The notes: generated by a model from the letters alone, not told the origin. Positions 22,315-34,300 are shown, numbered from the whole stretch's first letter. The stretch is 63,965 nucleotides of DNA, filler included, from Theionarchaea archaeon (GCA_018992565.1; 3 parts of 3 records of this genome joined end to end with filler, not necessarily neighbours in it); one strand, 5' to 3'. Numbers and translations are program-made.

Positions 22315-22851
22315 TCATACCTCAATATCCTCATCTGAAGTAACAGAAATGTGATCCTGACCCATTACAATAACATAATCTGCTGCATTCTGCAGTGCAA
22401 TGGAAAATCCAGGTTCTGCGCCAATGACAATGGTCTCTTTTCCATATTCTTTTGACTTGACCAAGATGGGTAGAAAATCAGTGTCTCGAGTGGCCAGGGC
22501 TACAGTATCCACTGTGTCATTGTAGATCAATTCCATGGCCTCTATACCCATCCTCACATCTATGTCCCCAGCTACCACAATAGAGTCAAATCCCTGGTTT
22601 GCTATAGCCTCTATCAACCCCTGGGAAGCATACTGGTTGAGCAGGACTTTGCCAATCCTGATATCTCCCATGTTCTCCAGAATTGCCTTCACGTCGTCCA
22701 GGTTGATGCCAAACTCTTTTCTCAGTATATTTGGACCATCAATGATCAATCCGATTTTGCGATCTTTACTGCGCTTCTTTCTGGCAACTGTACCAACGTA
22801 GCGAGTAATTCCTTGTGAGACGCGCTTGACATTTCTCCATCCAGCGTTCAT
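22315..22851 (-). CDS. NYN-domain (PIN-like) protein, TIGR00288-like
   Basis: IDGPNIL, GDIDV, ATRDTDF, ALQNAAD. Confidence 0.9.
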   Translation of the reverse strand: MNAGWRNVKRVSQGITRYVGTVARKKRSKDRKIGLIIDGPNILRKEFGINLDDVKAILENMGDIRIGKVLLNQYASQGLIEAIANQGFDSIVVAGDIDVRMGIEAMELIYNDTVDTVALATRDTDFLPILVKSKEYGKETIVIGAEPGFSIALQNAADYVIVMGQDHISVTSDEDIEV

Positions 22852-23029
22852 GAAAACACCAATATGTTCTAATCGTTTAAAAACCTTATAAACCTTTCTA
22901 CCTGATAATTGTGATAATTTCCTTTTGAAATGCTCATAATTGCGATGAAAGGAGTGTTTCTAAGAGCTGATTACCTGTTAATCTGTTCGCAGTATGGAAG
23001 AACAGGCGCAGGGTTACCAACCCTGGAGG

Positions 23030-23719
23030 CTACAGTGCAGCTGCCTTTTCTTCCATTTCTCTCATCTTACCGCAGGAGAGATCTTTTTCAGGACAGGATC
23101 CAGACTGTACGCAGGAAGGTCCCCCCTTGGAAAAGATGAGCGGAGCTTTCCCTTTGACCAGACTCAGCATCTTCCATGCAACCTCTCGCAGCTCCCACTG
23201 GGTTCTTTCACAGCAGCGCAGGGCAAAGAAATGAAGCAGTTCTCGCGCATTCATGGTCACCATTATATTAGTCATAGCAGCATTCGGAAGAATGAAGCGC
23301 GCATCCTCCTCAGGAATTTTCATTCCCAGGAGGTTCTGATACAATTCAAACCCTTCATGGATATTCTGACGGAACTTCTCTGCGGCTTCCTGGTTTTCTT
23401 TGATGTTGGGAGGAGTGACGAATGAGAGAGATTCCACTGTTACATACCGCTGAGATTGTTGTGTATAGCTCGCAAGCCTGTGCCGCACTAACTGGTGGGA
23501 GCAGGCCCGAGAAATTCCTTCAAGGCTGAAGGTGAAAGATGCATGTTCGATGACTGAGATATGTCCTTTTTCAATAGCATCTGTCAGGTGGGTTAGATCA
23601 GTCCCATCATTCCATAGGTCCTTGAATTCAGACCACGGCCTGGGCCATTTCGAGACAAGGGCTGCTTGAGCACAGAGACGATCGGGATCTGGAGTGTGAG
23701 CGACGAGTTCAACATTCAT
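23030..23719 (-). CDS. thyX: FAD-dependent thymidylate synthase
   Basis: GHISVIEH, HQLVRHRLASYTQQSQRY, EDARFILP, QWELR. Confidence 0.96.
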   Translation of the reverse strand: MNVELVAHTPDPDRLCAQAALVSKWPRPWSEFKDLWNDGTDLTHLTDAIEKGHISVIEHASFTFSLEGISRACSHQLVRHRLASYTQQSQRYVTVESLSFVTPPNIKENQEAAEKFRQNIHEGFELYQNLLGMKIPEEDARFILPNAAMTNIMVTMNARELLHFFALRCCERTQWELREVAWKMLSLVKGKAPLIFSKGGPSCVQSGSCPEKDLSCGKMREMEEKAAAL

Positions 23720-24050
23720 ATATTGACCTCTCTTGAGATGTATTAAAGGTTTCTCACGGATTATAGACGAGAGGAGAATACCTAATTAGTGGAGAAAGGT
23801 ACCTGAGTCCAGGTCTCCAGCATCAAGACTTGCATGCAGTGGTGCAAAGTCAGGTATGTCAATTAATGAGAGCTCTCATTTTCAGTGTAATCAGTATACT
23901 GCTGAATCGAGGTTTTATATTCTGCTTTTCAGAAGGATTAGAGGAACAGTATATTTCTCACTAGGACCTTCAATACATCGTCTTCACGAGAATCACCAAC
24001 TCCTCCCAACTCTCGAAAAAGTTTAAATAGCATCCGCCCTAACCACTCCC

Positions 24051-24737
24051 ATGATTGTTGGCAGTGTGCTCTTCGATCTCACTGGAACACTGGTGTGGTC
24101 CGAACCCCCAGGAGAGACCCTCTTCTGTGAGGCATGCGATCTTCTGGGATTTCATGTATCGCCCTCTGAACTATACCGGGCTACTGCAGAAGTAGATCGG
24201 ACTATTCACGTTCCACTGCCAGCCACACGAAAAGAAGAAGCAGATTTCTTTGCTTATGGCCACATGTCAGCTCTGCATAAGGTGGGGATTGATGCTACTG
24301 TGTCCCATGGATGGTTCATCCACCACTACATCCAGGACCGCATGAGGTATCATAAGTTTTTCGATGTAGACACTGTTCTTTCGTGTCTGAAAGAAACAGG
24401 ATTGAAGCTGGGGGTCGTGGCCAATGCAGCACCTTCTACACGTGAGCGAATTGCGAACCTGGGACTGGACGTTTATCTTGATACTATAATCCTCTCGGGA
24501 GAAGTGGGGTTCGAAAAACCAGAACCCCAGATTTTCAAGGCTGCGCTGAGAATCCTGGGAGTGAGTCCCCAGGAAACAGTGTACGTTGGAGATACCTACC
24601 ATACTGATGTCGAAGGAGCTTTTGAAGCTGGCATCATCCCTGTCCTGCTAGATAGATCACAGAGCTATGAACCGTTGGATTGCCTGAAAGTAAAAAGTCT
24701 TACCGAGTTTCAAGAAATGATGTCTATATTCAAGTAG
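24051..24737 (+). CDS. HAD-superfamily hydrolase (subfamily IA)
   Basis: FDLTGTL, KPEPQIF, VGDTYHTDVEGA. Confidence 0.9.
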   Translation: MIVGSVLFDLTGTLVWSEPPGETLFCEACDLLGFHVSPSELYRATAEVDRTIHVPLPATRKEEADFFAYGHMSALHKVGIDATVSHGWFIHHYIQDRMRYHKFFDVDTVLSCLKETGLKLGVVANAAPSTRERIANLGLDVYLDTIILSGEVGFEKPEPQIFKAALRILGVSPQETVYVGDTYHTDVEGAFEAGIIPVLLDRSQSYEPLDCLKVKSLTEFQEMMSIFK

Positions 24738-24765
24738 GTGTAGGGTAGTCTGTTGTTGATTGTCT

Positions 24766-25944
24766 TCAAAGGTAATGATCATATTCCCATTGGGATATAT
24801 GGGCCCGATATTCTTTGATTTCACTCTTCTTCAGACCAATAAACTCCTCTACCAGTTCTGCACCCAATACTCTGTGGACGAGGTCACTGGTTTCCAGTTC
24901 ATTCAGTGCTTCCTCCAGGTTGAGAGGCAAAACATCGCAGGGAGTTCCCCCACCTGACCCCTCTTCCGGAGGTTCGACCTTGTGGTTTACACCATCTAGC
25001 CCTGCGCCCACCATTAACGCCAGAGCAAGGTATGGATTGCAGGAAGGATCGGGAGCTCGATACTCAATCCGTGTTTTCCCACCTTTGGGAATTCTCACCA
25101 GCGCCGATCTATTGCTCTTCCCCCAGAAGATATTGATCGGTGCTTCGAAATCAGGAACAAGACGCTTATAAGAGTTAATGATGGGGTTACACACTGCAGT
25201 GATCTCCCTGGCATGGGAAAGCAGTCCTCCCACAAAATAGCGGGCAGTATCACCAAACCCCTGAAAAAGGCTCTTCCCATTCTTTTCCAGCAGTATATGA
25301 AAATGCATTCCGCTTCCCGCCTTATCCGCAAATGGCTTTGGCATGAAGGTGGCAGTCCAGCCATTTTGGAGAGCTTTTTTTTTGAGCATATCTTTGAGAA
25401 TGATGATGGCATCGCATCCAGACACTGCGGGGGCCATGACAGGTTCAATCTCGTACTGACCAGGTCCATTCTCATGGTGGAACCGTTCTACCTTTATGTC
25501 AGTTGTGCCAACAACATGCTCTACCAGGGCCAGTCCCTCTCCCGCATCCATGTATCCAGCCTTATCCAGAGGGGAACTACCCTTTAGCAGGAAGAATTCC
25601 AGTTCAGGCTTTACTAGAACTTCATAATCGGATATTACTCTTTTCAAAATGCTTCTGCCATCTTTGGAAAAGGGGCTACTCTCAGTCTCATACAAATCGC
25701 AGAACAATATGGCTTCATCTCCCACAACGTGGGGGTTCTCAACATCTGGTTTACAGATCACATCACTTGATCCCACCTGTGTGAAACCGGGAATAGAAGA
25801 GCCATCAATACTCATCCCCTGGATTACTTCTTCCACATAATCGGCAGGAATAACCATGTACTTGGGATTTCCGTGAATATCCACAACGAGAAGTCGGGCC
25901 CGGGTAATCTTTTTTTCTGCCATTGCATTGAGAAGCGTGTTCAT
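24766..25944 (-). CDS. Glutamine synthetase family protein (short GS-I-like or gamma-glutamyl ligase)
   Basis: DGSSI, PELEFFL, HHENGPGQYEI, FMPKP..GSGMH, NSYKRL, NRSALVR, RIEYRAPD. Confidence 0.88.
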   Translation of the reverse strand: MNTLLNAMAEKKITRARLLVVDIHGNPKYMVIPADYVEEVIQGMSIDGSSIPGFTQVGSSDVICKPDVENPHVVGDEAILFCDLYETESSPFSKDGRSILKRVISDYEVLVKPELEFFLLKGSSPLDKAGYMDAGEGLALVEHVVGTTDIKVERFHHENGPGQYEIEPVMAPAVSGCDAIIILKDMLKKKALQNGWTATFMPKPFADKAGSGMHFHILLEKNGKSLFQGFGDTARYFVGGLLSHAREITAVCNPIINSYKRLVPDFEAPINIFWGKSNRSALVRIPKGGKTRIEYRAPDPSCNPYLALALMVGAGLDGVNHKVEPPEEGSGGGTPCDVLPLNLEEALNELETSDLVHRVLGAELVEEFIGLKKSEIKEYRAHISQWEYDHYL

Positions 25945-26013
25945 ACTTCATGCTGTCAATTGTCTTATAAAACCTTTTCTATTCAGACCATATTTCAGTG
26001 GTGAGTACAACGC

Positions 26014-27396
26014 TCACTGGCGGATCATCTTTCTAGCAGTGACCACAGCAAGCAGAATGATCAGGAAGATCCCTAGGAACCCTTCTACCGCAACAGTGGC
26101 TCGAGCTAGTCCTCCTGCGGGAGCAATTGTTGGCTGGGAAAGGTGAGAGAATGTGATGGAACTGTAGTACAACGTGCTGAGGAAATCTTCAAGCAGCTGC
26201 CACGTGGGCCGCAGAGCAAGAATGCTGTAGTCGATTTTTGCAGCATCACTCTCGCCAAACAAGGTGATTCCATTGAAAAGGAAAACGAAAGCACTCATCA
26301 GTATCACAGCCAGTGAGATCAGGACTACCCGCTGGGGTTTCTCCCCATAGCCGCACAGCCATTTGTATAAGGTCATCCATAACCAGTTGGTTCTGCTCGT
26401 CCTTGACCTGCGTGCTTCCATCTCTCGATAGTAGAACTCTCCAGCAGTGCTGTAGTTGCCCCTTTCCAGGAGCGCATTCTTGACATTGCGGTAGCTCTTC
26501 TCCAGGAGAGCACTGGCCATGGGATCTTCTCCTGTATTGTGCATGAATTTACTTCCTTCAAAGAGGATTTCATCCCCGAAAGTTGTGTCCAGAAAAGACA
26601 CATTCTTGGCAAAGGTCGCCATCTGAAGGTCTACCGATTTTTCGAATCTCGCCTTCCAGAAACTGGTATCACCCATGAATTCAGCCTTTACAAAATCAGT
26701 GGTATCAGAAAATCTGGCTTCCTCGAACCTTGCCCACTTATGGAAAGTCGCGCTGAGGAAGTGTGCGTCTCCCGAAAACTTCGCACCCATGAATTCTGCT
26801 TCTTCAGAGAAATTCGCCTTGGAGAATCCTGCCCTGTTGGAGAAGACAGCACCCGAGAAATAGGCTCCTCCCGAAAAGGAACCACGGGCAAAGTGGGCTC
26901 CTCCCGAAAAGGTGGTGCCTGAGAAATATGCACCTCCAAAGAAGGTAGCTCCTGCAAAGTAAGCTCCCCCTGAAAAGACGGAACCCACAAAATTCCCCCC
27001 TCCAAAAAAGGTAGCTCCTGCAAAGTAAGCTCCCCCTGAAAATGTAGTATTCAAGAAGTTGGCGCGATCGAAGAAAGTGGTTCCCGCAAAATTCACTCTG
27101 GTTGAAAACGTGGAGTTGCTGAAATTGGCACTGCTTGAGAAGATGGCTTCCTCAAAATCCACCTCCCTGGAGAAAATGTGGTCTGCAAAATCCACTGTCT
27201 CTGGAAAGCAGTATCCTCTAAAATTGTAGTCCTCTTGCTTCAACTTTCTGGCCAGTTTCTTCCTGAACAGATTGAGGTTTTTCTCTTTTGAATTATCATG
27301 AAATATACATAGTCCCTCAGTTGACCCCTGCCATGCAGGTTCCCTGCAGATTTTGCTTCCGTCCCAGGATTTATATTGGCACTCAGTGTTGGCCAT
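26014..27396 (-). CDS. Pentapeptide-repeat protein with C-terminal two-TM potassium-channel-like domain
   Basis: CIFH N-terminal motif; many F..A.F...A.F repeats; CGYGEKP followed by TM-pore-TM. Confidence 0.85.
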   Translation of the reverse strand: MANTECQYKSWDGSKICREPAWQGSTEGLCIFHDNSKEKNLNLFRKKLARKLKQEDYNFRGYCFPETVDFADHIFSREVDFEEAIFSSSANFSNSTFSTRVNFAGTTFFDRANFLNTTFSGGAYFAGATFFGGGNFVGSVFSGGAYFAGATFFGGAYFSGTTFSGGAHFARGSFSGGAYFSGAVFSNRAGFSKANFSEEAEFMGAKFSGDAHFLSATFHKWARFEEARFSDTTDFVKAEFMGDTSFWKARFEKSVDLQMATFAKNVSFLDTTFGDEILFEGSKFMHNTGEDPMASALLEKSYRNVKNALLERGNYSTAGEFYYREMEARRSRTSRTNWLWMTLYKWLCGYGEKPQRVVLISLAVILMSAFVFLFNGITLFGESDAAKIDYSILALRPTWQLLEDFLSTLYYSSITFSHLSQPTIAPAGGLARATVAVEGFLGIFLIILLAVVTARKMIRQ

Positions 27397-28113
27397 GGTT
27401 TATTTTGAACCCACTCCTTTTTAACTCTTGTGCATAAAAGCGCAATAGAAGAGAGTGTCAACTGACGGCTGGTATAGTTCTGTCTTGGTGCACCACTTGT
27501 GAAAAGGGGTTCCTTTCGAGTGCTTTATTCTCTTCTTGTCTTGTCTTTCCGGAATTCTCTGAAAATATTCGTTCTGTAAAATCAGTTTTTTGACTTCTCC
27601 ACTTTTCATTTCAATTTCAATATTTTTGTATTTTTGTGCCTAAAAAGTGTCTTGAAAGCAACTACTTCTTAATGGAAGACCGAACTGGATTGTTTCTTGG
27701 TATTGTGGTGAAGGGACTTCTTCACGGAAGAAACAGTGGTTATTCTTCGTATGATGTAAGATATTCTAGGTGGAACCAAGTATGCTCCACCTGCTTCTTG
27801 TCTCTATTCATTTGAGGTTTGCGCACAGGAAAAACCTGCTCCTTTTCTGGAAGGATGTGGAAAGAAACGTGCTCCACCATTCTTCATAGTGTGAATAGCA
27901 CAGGGCTGATAAAAAGATTCAATGATATACCAAGGGCTCTGATTCCTGCTCCGAAAGAATCCAATACCTGTAGTGTTTTTGTGGCCTCAGAGATCTCTCT
28001 GCTTTCCGGTTGCGGATATGATTCTCTTGTCCCTATTTCCGAGCGCTGTGATAGAAAAAAGTAGGAAGGAAACGTAATGATGCTCATGCAGTTTCCCTCC
28101 TGTCAATCGTTAC

Positions 28114-28711
28114 CTAGTGTTGGCTACAGCAACAGCAGCTCTCTATGTCAATTCCTTGCTCTTCCAGGTACTGCTGCACTGCATCTCTGATCTCTTNNNN
28201 NNNNNNNNNNNNNNNNNNNNNNNNNNNNNNNNNNNNNNNNNNNNNNNNNNNNNNNNNNNNNNNNNNNNNNNNNNNNNNNNNNNNNNNNNNNNNNNNCAGG
28301 ACTGGCACCAGAGTCATTCATCTCCTGCACCAATTGCTCCAATGCTTCTCTCTGTTCCTCTGTCAACTGATCCCAGCAGCCTCCTGCAAATCCTCTGGCT
28401 CCATGTCCAGGTCCAAACCCTTTCATTTGACATGATTCTATGTCAATTCCTTGCTCTTCCAGGTACTGCTGCACTGCATCTCTGATCTCTTCAGGACTGG
28501 CACCAGAGTCATTCATCTCCTGCACCAATTGCTCCAATGCTTCTCTCTGTTCCTCTGTCAACTGATCCCAGCAGCCTCCTGCAAATCCTCCATGTCCGGG
28601 TCCTTTCCCTTCGGGGGTTCCATCAGATTCGGGGAAGGCAACAACCACGCTCGCTGTAGTCAGCGCGACGATCAACAGCAATGCTCCTATATGTTCTCTT
28701 TTTATGTTCAC
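28114..28711 (-). CDS. Secreted protein with at least two near-identical 65-aa LTxxQ-containing repeats and a C-terminal CCCC; spans a scaffold gap
   Basis: Signal peptide; repeat period 195 bp. The gap flanks join seamlessly into the repeat (..ASP|EEIRDAV..), ending IESCCCCSQH*. Confidence 0.8.
28197..28296. other. Scaffold gap (100 N)
   Basis: N-run inside a tandem repeat. Confidence 0.99.
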
Positions 28712-28771
28712 TTACTCACCATCTTGACCAGCTTCAACATTGTAGCATCTTGTTCGAAGTTTTTCAATCTC

Positions 28772-28871
28772 NNNNNNNNNNNNNNNNNNNNNNNNNNNNN
28801 NNNNNNNNNNNNNNNNNNNNNNNNNNNNNNNNNNNNNNNNNNNNNNNNNNNNNNNNNNNNNNNNNNNNNNN
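28772..28871. other. Scaffold gap (100 N)
   Basis: N-run. Confidence 0.99.
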
Positions 28872-29500
28872 AATGGAACAGGAAGAGAATCAGAAGGTTC
28901 TTGCTAAAATACATGCTGATAATCGTTATAGCTATTCCATTCTTCTACTTCTGCTCTTATCTCTCAGGAACTTGCATTGGTTCAATTGTCTTTGTAGTTA
29001 TCGTTTTCTCGCTATTTTTGTTCATCCATCTACTCTTTAGAGAGGAGAGAAAATTCTCGAATGTGTACATTTATTATGCCTCTTTGATCATGATGGTTTA
29101 TTTCACCATCCAAGTTACTTATGATACCTGGTCTGAGTCCGATTGTTTCGGTTGTGGAAGGTTCTGTGCTCCTCTCTTTTCTCTTTTCTTCTTGATGGCA
29201 GTGGTGATTTTTGCGGTTCTCTCCATGAAACACTGGGAATATGTACACAAGGAGCCATTTGAGACGTTCAGTAATGAGGAATATTTCGGAATTGGTCTTG
29301 ATTCAGTCCCATGGTCTAATATCAGAAAAATGTCAGTGAGAAAGAGTGAATTGGGGAATCCCTACGTTGTTGTTTATCTAAAGAATGGTGAACCTCCACG
29401 AAGCTTTAATATGGGATATTTCAAGGATAAAGAAACTTTTCTCAGACACCTGAAAGAAAAGGCAGCTGAAAAAGGATATGAATATCATGAAGAAGTCTGA
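28872..29500 (+). CDS. Membrane protein (4 TM plus PH-like C-terminus); 5' end lies in the gap
   Basis: Open frame from the gap; hydrophobic helices, CFGCGRFC loop, then VPWSNIRKM..VVVYLKNG. Confidence 0.7.
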
Positions 29501-29593
29501 TTCTTACAGGATACACAGCAGAGAAAGGACTGGCCCACCTCCAACCTGTTGTCACTGCTATACGAATTGGCAAATATCAGGGGAAGCCAGCAT

Positions 29594-30097
29594 CTAGACC
29601 AGGTTTTTCTTGATTTTCTCTTTTAGAATATCCACCAATTCATCCCTCGTTTCCTCTGTCACAGTTACCAGTTCCACATCATCTCGGTTCTTGATGGCAT
29701 CTGTAAAAGGGTGTGATTGCTCCATGATGGTGGCAATGACCTTACCCGTACCAAGAGCCTGGAGGACACGGTTTCTAAACTGATCACTAAAGAGCTCCAT
29801 CTTCCCTATCTCGTCAATGACAATGAGATCACGTTCCATCTCCAGACTTGGGACACATACTGCCTCAATGTCAGAGATGTTCACCCTGTACTTTGACACA
29901 CTGTACTTGCTCTTGATGTCCACATGGGCCAAAATACCTGTGGTCCCATCCACTGTCTCAATTGCAAACCCCACTCTTCTCCCCCTTCCCCTGATTTCAG
30001 TGGTGAAAAACCCTGATTTCGTATCAATATCCTCGATTACCTTCTTGATGAGAGTGGTTTTTCCCACTCCCGGCCGACCCGTTATGAGAATATTCAT
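29594..30097 (-). CDS. Nucleoside-triphosphatase (THEP1/NTPase_1)
   Basis: ITGRPGVGKTT, GFFTTEIR, VIDEIGKMEL. Confidence 0.93.
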   Translation of the reverse strand: MNILITGRPGVGKTTLIKKVIEDIDTKSGFFTTEIRGRGRRVGFAIETVDGTTGILAHVDIKSKYSVSKYRVNISDIEAVCVPSLEMERDLIVIDEIGKMELFSDQFRNRVLQALGTGKVIATIMEQSHPFTDAIKNRDDVELVTVTEETRDELVDILKEKIKKNLV

Positions 30098-30255
30098 ATT
30101 CCCTGGTTGCAATCAGGATTCTTAATACTTTGTAGCCCGCTTTTTCCTAAAACACATTCCACGAAAAGAGAACTGAACCCACCTCACGTTATAGCTACTG
30201 CGGGCTGTTGCACAACGCTTTTAAGCAGTCAGCCCACTGGAAAGAAGGTGATGTA

Positions 30256-31308
30256 GTGAAAGAATTTCCCTGCTTGCAGTTTCTGAAGGAAATGAAGTAT
30301 CGCATTGATGAGCAGCTGCTCGCAATGCTCACCTCAGAAAACCCGTATCTCCAGGAATTTCTGTATGACATAGCCAGGGAGTTTATTGAGAGAGGTGGGA
30401 AGCGATTCCGTCCTGCCTTCTGCTTACTATCATGCGAGCTGGTGGGAGGAAATCCGGACGATTTCATTGATATCTCATGTACTTTTGAATTGTTCCAGAG
30501 CTTTGCGCTCATTCATGATGATATAATGGATGACCAGCAGATGAGGAGAGGAAAGCCTGCTTCTCATCACCTGTATGGAGTCCCTCTTGCTTTGAACACA
30601 GGGGACCTGCTCTTTGCCAGGGCATTTGGAGTGGCTATCAATCGAGAAGACATTGATCCAGCTACCAGAATCCAGATTCTGGAGCTCTTGACCAGAATGT
30701 CTGTTCGCACTGTGGAAGGACAGGCCCAGGAAATTGGGTGGATCAAGGACAGCATCTGGGATCTTGACATGGCGGACTATCTCAAGATCGTGGAGCTGAA
30801 AACAGGGTACTACTCAGCAGTGGTTCCTCTCAAAGTAGGCGTCCTTCTTGGAGGAGGAGACGCTTCGGATTTGAAAGCCATGGAAGGATTTGGCATGAAC
30901 TTTGCCTTCGGGTTCCAGATAACTGATGATCTCCTCAATCTGATTCTGCCTGAAGACTCTGCCGCTTCTTCTCCGGATATCACCGAGGACCAGGTAGGAT
31001 ATGGTAAGGAAATTGGAGGAGATATCGTGGAGGGAAAGAGAACTCTCATGGTGGTGCACTTCATGAAACATGCTCCTCAGGAGAAGAGACAGTGGATGAG
31101 AGAGATTCTGGAAAAAAAGGAGAATTCTCCAGAAGAGATAAAGGAAGCTATTTCTCTCCTGAAAGAATACGGAAGCATTGATTTTGCCCGGAAAGAAGCC
31201 AGCCAGTATGCTGAGAAGGCCAAGACATTCTTGAAAAACTATCCTGATAGCGAACCCAAGAGATTGTTACTTGATCTGGCCGATTTCGCCGTTCAGAGAA
31301 TGTATTAA
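30256..31308 (+). CDS. Polyprenyl diphosphate synthase (GGPP synthase-like)
   Basis: GGKRFRP, LIHDDIMD..RRG, GQ, KT, FQITDDLLN, GKRT. AGGTGA 4 nt before GTG 30256. Confidence 0.93.
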   Translation: MKEFPCLQFLKEMKYRIDEQLLAMLTSENPYLQEFLYDIAREFIERGGKRFRPAFCLLSCELVGGNPDDFIDISCTFELFQSFALIHDDIMDDQQMRRGKPASHHLYGVPLALNTGDLLFARAFGVAINREDIDPATRIQILELLTRMSVRTVEGQAQEIGWIKDSIWDLDMADYLKIVELKTGYYSAVVPLKVGVLLGGGDASDLKAMEGFGMNFAFGFQITDDLLNLILPEDSAASSPDITEDQVGYGKEIGGDIVEGKRTLMVVHFMKHAPQEKRQWMREILEKKENSPEEIKEAISLLKEYGSIDFARKEASQYAEKAKTFLKNYPDSEPKRLLLDLADFAVQRMY

Positions 31309-31331
31309 ATGTGAACCCGGGCATCTGGGTG

Positions 31332-34300
31332 TCATTCTCCTGAAAGCACTTCGCCCAATGTTGCGCTCAACTCCTCCATGGTGTATGGCTTTGTCACCAC
31401 TCCTTTGAATCCATATGCTTTGTAGTCGGCCATGACGGGATCTGTGGAGTACCCGCTGGACACAATAGCTGTAACATCGGGGTCTACAGACAGTAATTCG
31501 CTGATGGCTTCCTCACCGCCCATGCCTCCCGGAATTGTCAAATCCATGATGACAACGTCAAAAGGTGTGCCCTGCTGGTATGCCTTCTTGTACAGGCGGA
31601 TGGTTTCTTCACCATCGCATGCAAACGTCACGTCATATCCAAGGTATTCCAGTACTTCTCCTGCTGCATCCCGTACCAGAGCCTCATCATCCATAAGCAG
31701 CACTCTCCCCGACCCGTCAAGCCTCTTCTCCTTTGGTTCTTCTCTTTTCTGATGTTCCAGTGAGGCGGGGAGCCATATATAGAAGGTCGTGCCGATTCCT
31801 ACCTCAGATTCTACATCAATAAGGCCATCATGTTTTTTGATGATTGAATAGCTAGTGGCCAATCCCAACCCGCTCCCCTTGTGCTTGGTGGTGAAATATG
31901 GGTCAAATATCTTGGAAAAGAGCTTTTCAGGCATGCCAATACCCTCATCTTTTATGGAGATCTTAACATATGTACCTGGACGCAGGGGAGTCTCTTCTTC
32001 TGATGTGACTTCCACATTTTCAGCTCGCACCTGGACGATTCCTCCCTCAGGCATGGCCTGATCCGCATTGATTATGAGGTTGTTGATCACCTGACCAATT
32101 TGTCCCTCGTCAATTTCTGCAGGCCACAGGGATTCATCAATATAGAAGTGGCATCTAACGTTTGATCCTCTCAGAGCAAAGCTGGCTGAATCCGTGATAA
32201 GATTCCTGAGTGAAACAGTCCTCTTGATGGGGGTTCCCCCCTTTGAGAAAGTGAGCAATTGCTGAGTGAGGTTCCGGGCCTGCAATGAGGCTTTTTCGAT
32301 CCGTTCCAGCTTAGCCTGTACTGTGTGATCAGCAGTCACAGCCCTAGCCAGGGTGACATTGTTGAGGACTGCAGTCAGAATGTTATTGAAGTCGTGAGCG
32401 ATTCCCCCTGCAAGGATCCCTAGAGATTCGAGTTTTTGCGCGCGGAGCTGACCTTGTTCGCTCCTCCTCTTTTCAGTGATATCCCGAAATACCAGGACCA
32501 CTCCAATAATCTGGCTGTTCTTGTCTCTTATGGGAGCTCCACTGTCTGCAATGATCCTTTCTGTTCCATCGCGGGCCACAAGTACTGTATTATTTCCCAG
32601 TCCCACCACACTGCCCTCCCTCAGCACTTTTTGCACTGGGTTTTCACAGGCGAGGCGCGTATTCTCGTTGATAATGGTGAAGACATCTTGCAGCAACATG
32701 CCAACAGCGTCCTCCTGGGACCAGCCAGTAAGCTTTTCAGCCACTCTGTTCACCAGTGCTACAGCACCTTCCATGGTAGTAGTAATGACACCGTCGCCGA
32801 TTGAACGCAGCGTGACAGCTAGCTGCTCCTTCTCTGCTGCCAGAGATTCTTCTGCATGTACACGCGTAATAATCTCTCTCTGCAGTTTCTCATTAATGTT
32901 CCTGAGTTCATCGGTTCTCTCCTCTACCAGCTCCTCCAGGTGGTGCCGGTATGTGAGGAGCTCTTCTTCCACTTTCTTGCGGTATGTAATGTCCTCGGAT
33001 ATTCCATCAATATACAGGAAGCGGCCTTCCTTATTGTACACGGGGGCTGCTGTATCAGATACAATAATATGGGTTCCGTCCTTTTTCTTGAGGTGCAATT
33101 CTTCATTTCGTAGCATCCCCTCAGATTGTATTTTCTCAGTGAACGCCAGTCTATCTTCAGGGTTCACATAGATACTTGACACGTTCAATGCCATGAGCTC
33201 ATTCTTATCTGAGTATCCTAGCATTGAGGCAAACGCTTTGTTGAAGTCAATGAACTGACCTCCCTTCCCAGGAGTAGATCGATACACACCAACATGAAGG
33301 TTTTCTACAAGCGTTCTGTATTTTTCTTCTGACAGGCGAAGCATTTCCTGAGTGCACTCTCTCTCCGTTATATCCCGTATTATTGCCTGAAATCCTGTAA
33401 TAGATCCATTTTTCCTCATAGCACCTACATGTATCTCTCCTGTATGAGTCTGACCATCTTCCAGGTTCCAGACAGCATGAAAGGGCCTGGGTGGCTTCCC
33501 CCTGACCAGGGAGTTGAGCACTCTGAGGTATTGAGGAATGTCATTAGCTCTCAATGCGGGAAGCCTCGAGAAGTGTTTTCCCAGCATCTCTTCTTCTGTA
33601 TGGCCTGCCATCTCCAAGAAGGCTGTGTTACAGGATGTAATAACTCCCTTTAAATCTGTGGTGATAATACCATCAGGGGCCAATTCAACAATGCTCCTGT
33701 ACTTTTCCTCAGATTCTCTCAATATTTCTTCAGCTTTCTTGCGTTCTGTAATATCTCTTGCCACGGCCTGCAGTCCCACTATCCTGCCCTCTTGCTTAAT
33801 GAGACTTACATAGGCTTCTCCAAGTCGCCTGCTGCCATCCTTGTGAATCCAGATGAACTCAAAGGGCTGGGAAATCCCCTCCTTGATGAATTTCTTGAAC
33901 AGGTTGATATACATGGGAATGTCCATGGTTCGCGCTGTGGGAAGTCTTGTGAAATGCTTTCCAACTATCTCTTCTCTCTCATAACCTGTAAGAGTAAGAA
34001 AGGCACTATTGCAGGACGTAAAAACCCCTTTCATATCTGTGGTGATAATACCATCAGGGGCCAATTCAACAATGCTCCTGTATTTTTCCTCAGATTCTCT
34101 CAATATTTCTTCAGCTTTCTTGCGTTCTGTAATATCTCTCACATTGAGGACTATTCCTGAGACTGCAGGATCATGCAGCAGGCTCTTTCCCCATACCTCA
34201 ACCCATACGTATGATCCTGATTTATGAAGAACTCTGAATTCATAGACCATGGTTCGCCCGGGATGCTCCAAGAGCTCAGAGAGTGCCTTTCCTGCCTTTT

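Noticed and set aside
27884..28087. 67-aa ORF downstream of the repeat protein
   Set aside because: It has a weak GGAGG but no recognisable motif, so support is insufficient.
28451..29500. 349-aa track ORF spanning the N gap
   Set aside because: It is an artefact of reading through Ns; the first part is antisense to the repeat protein.
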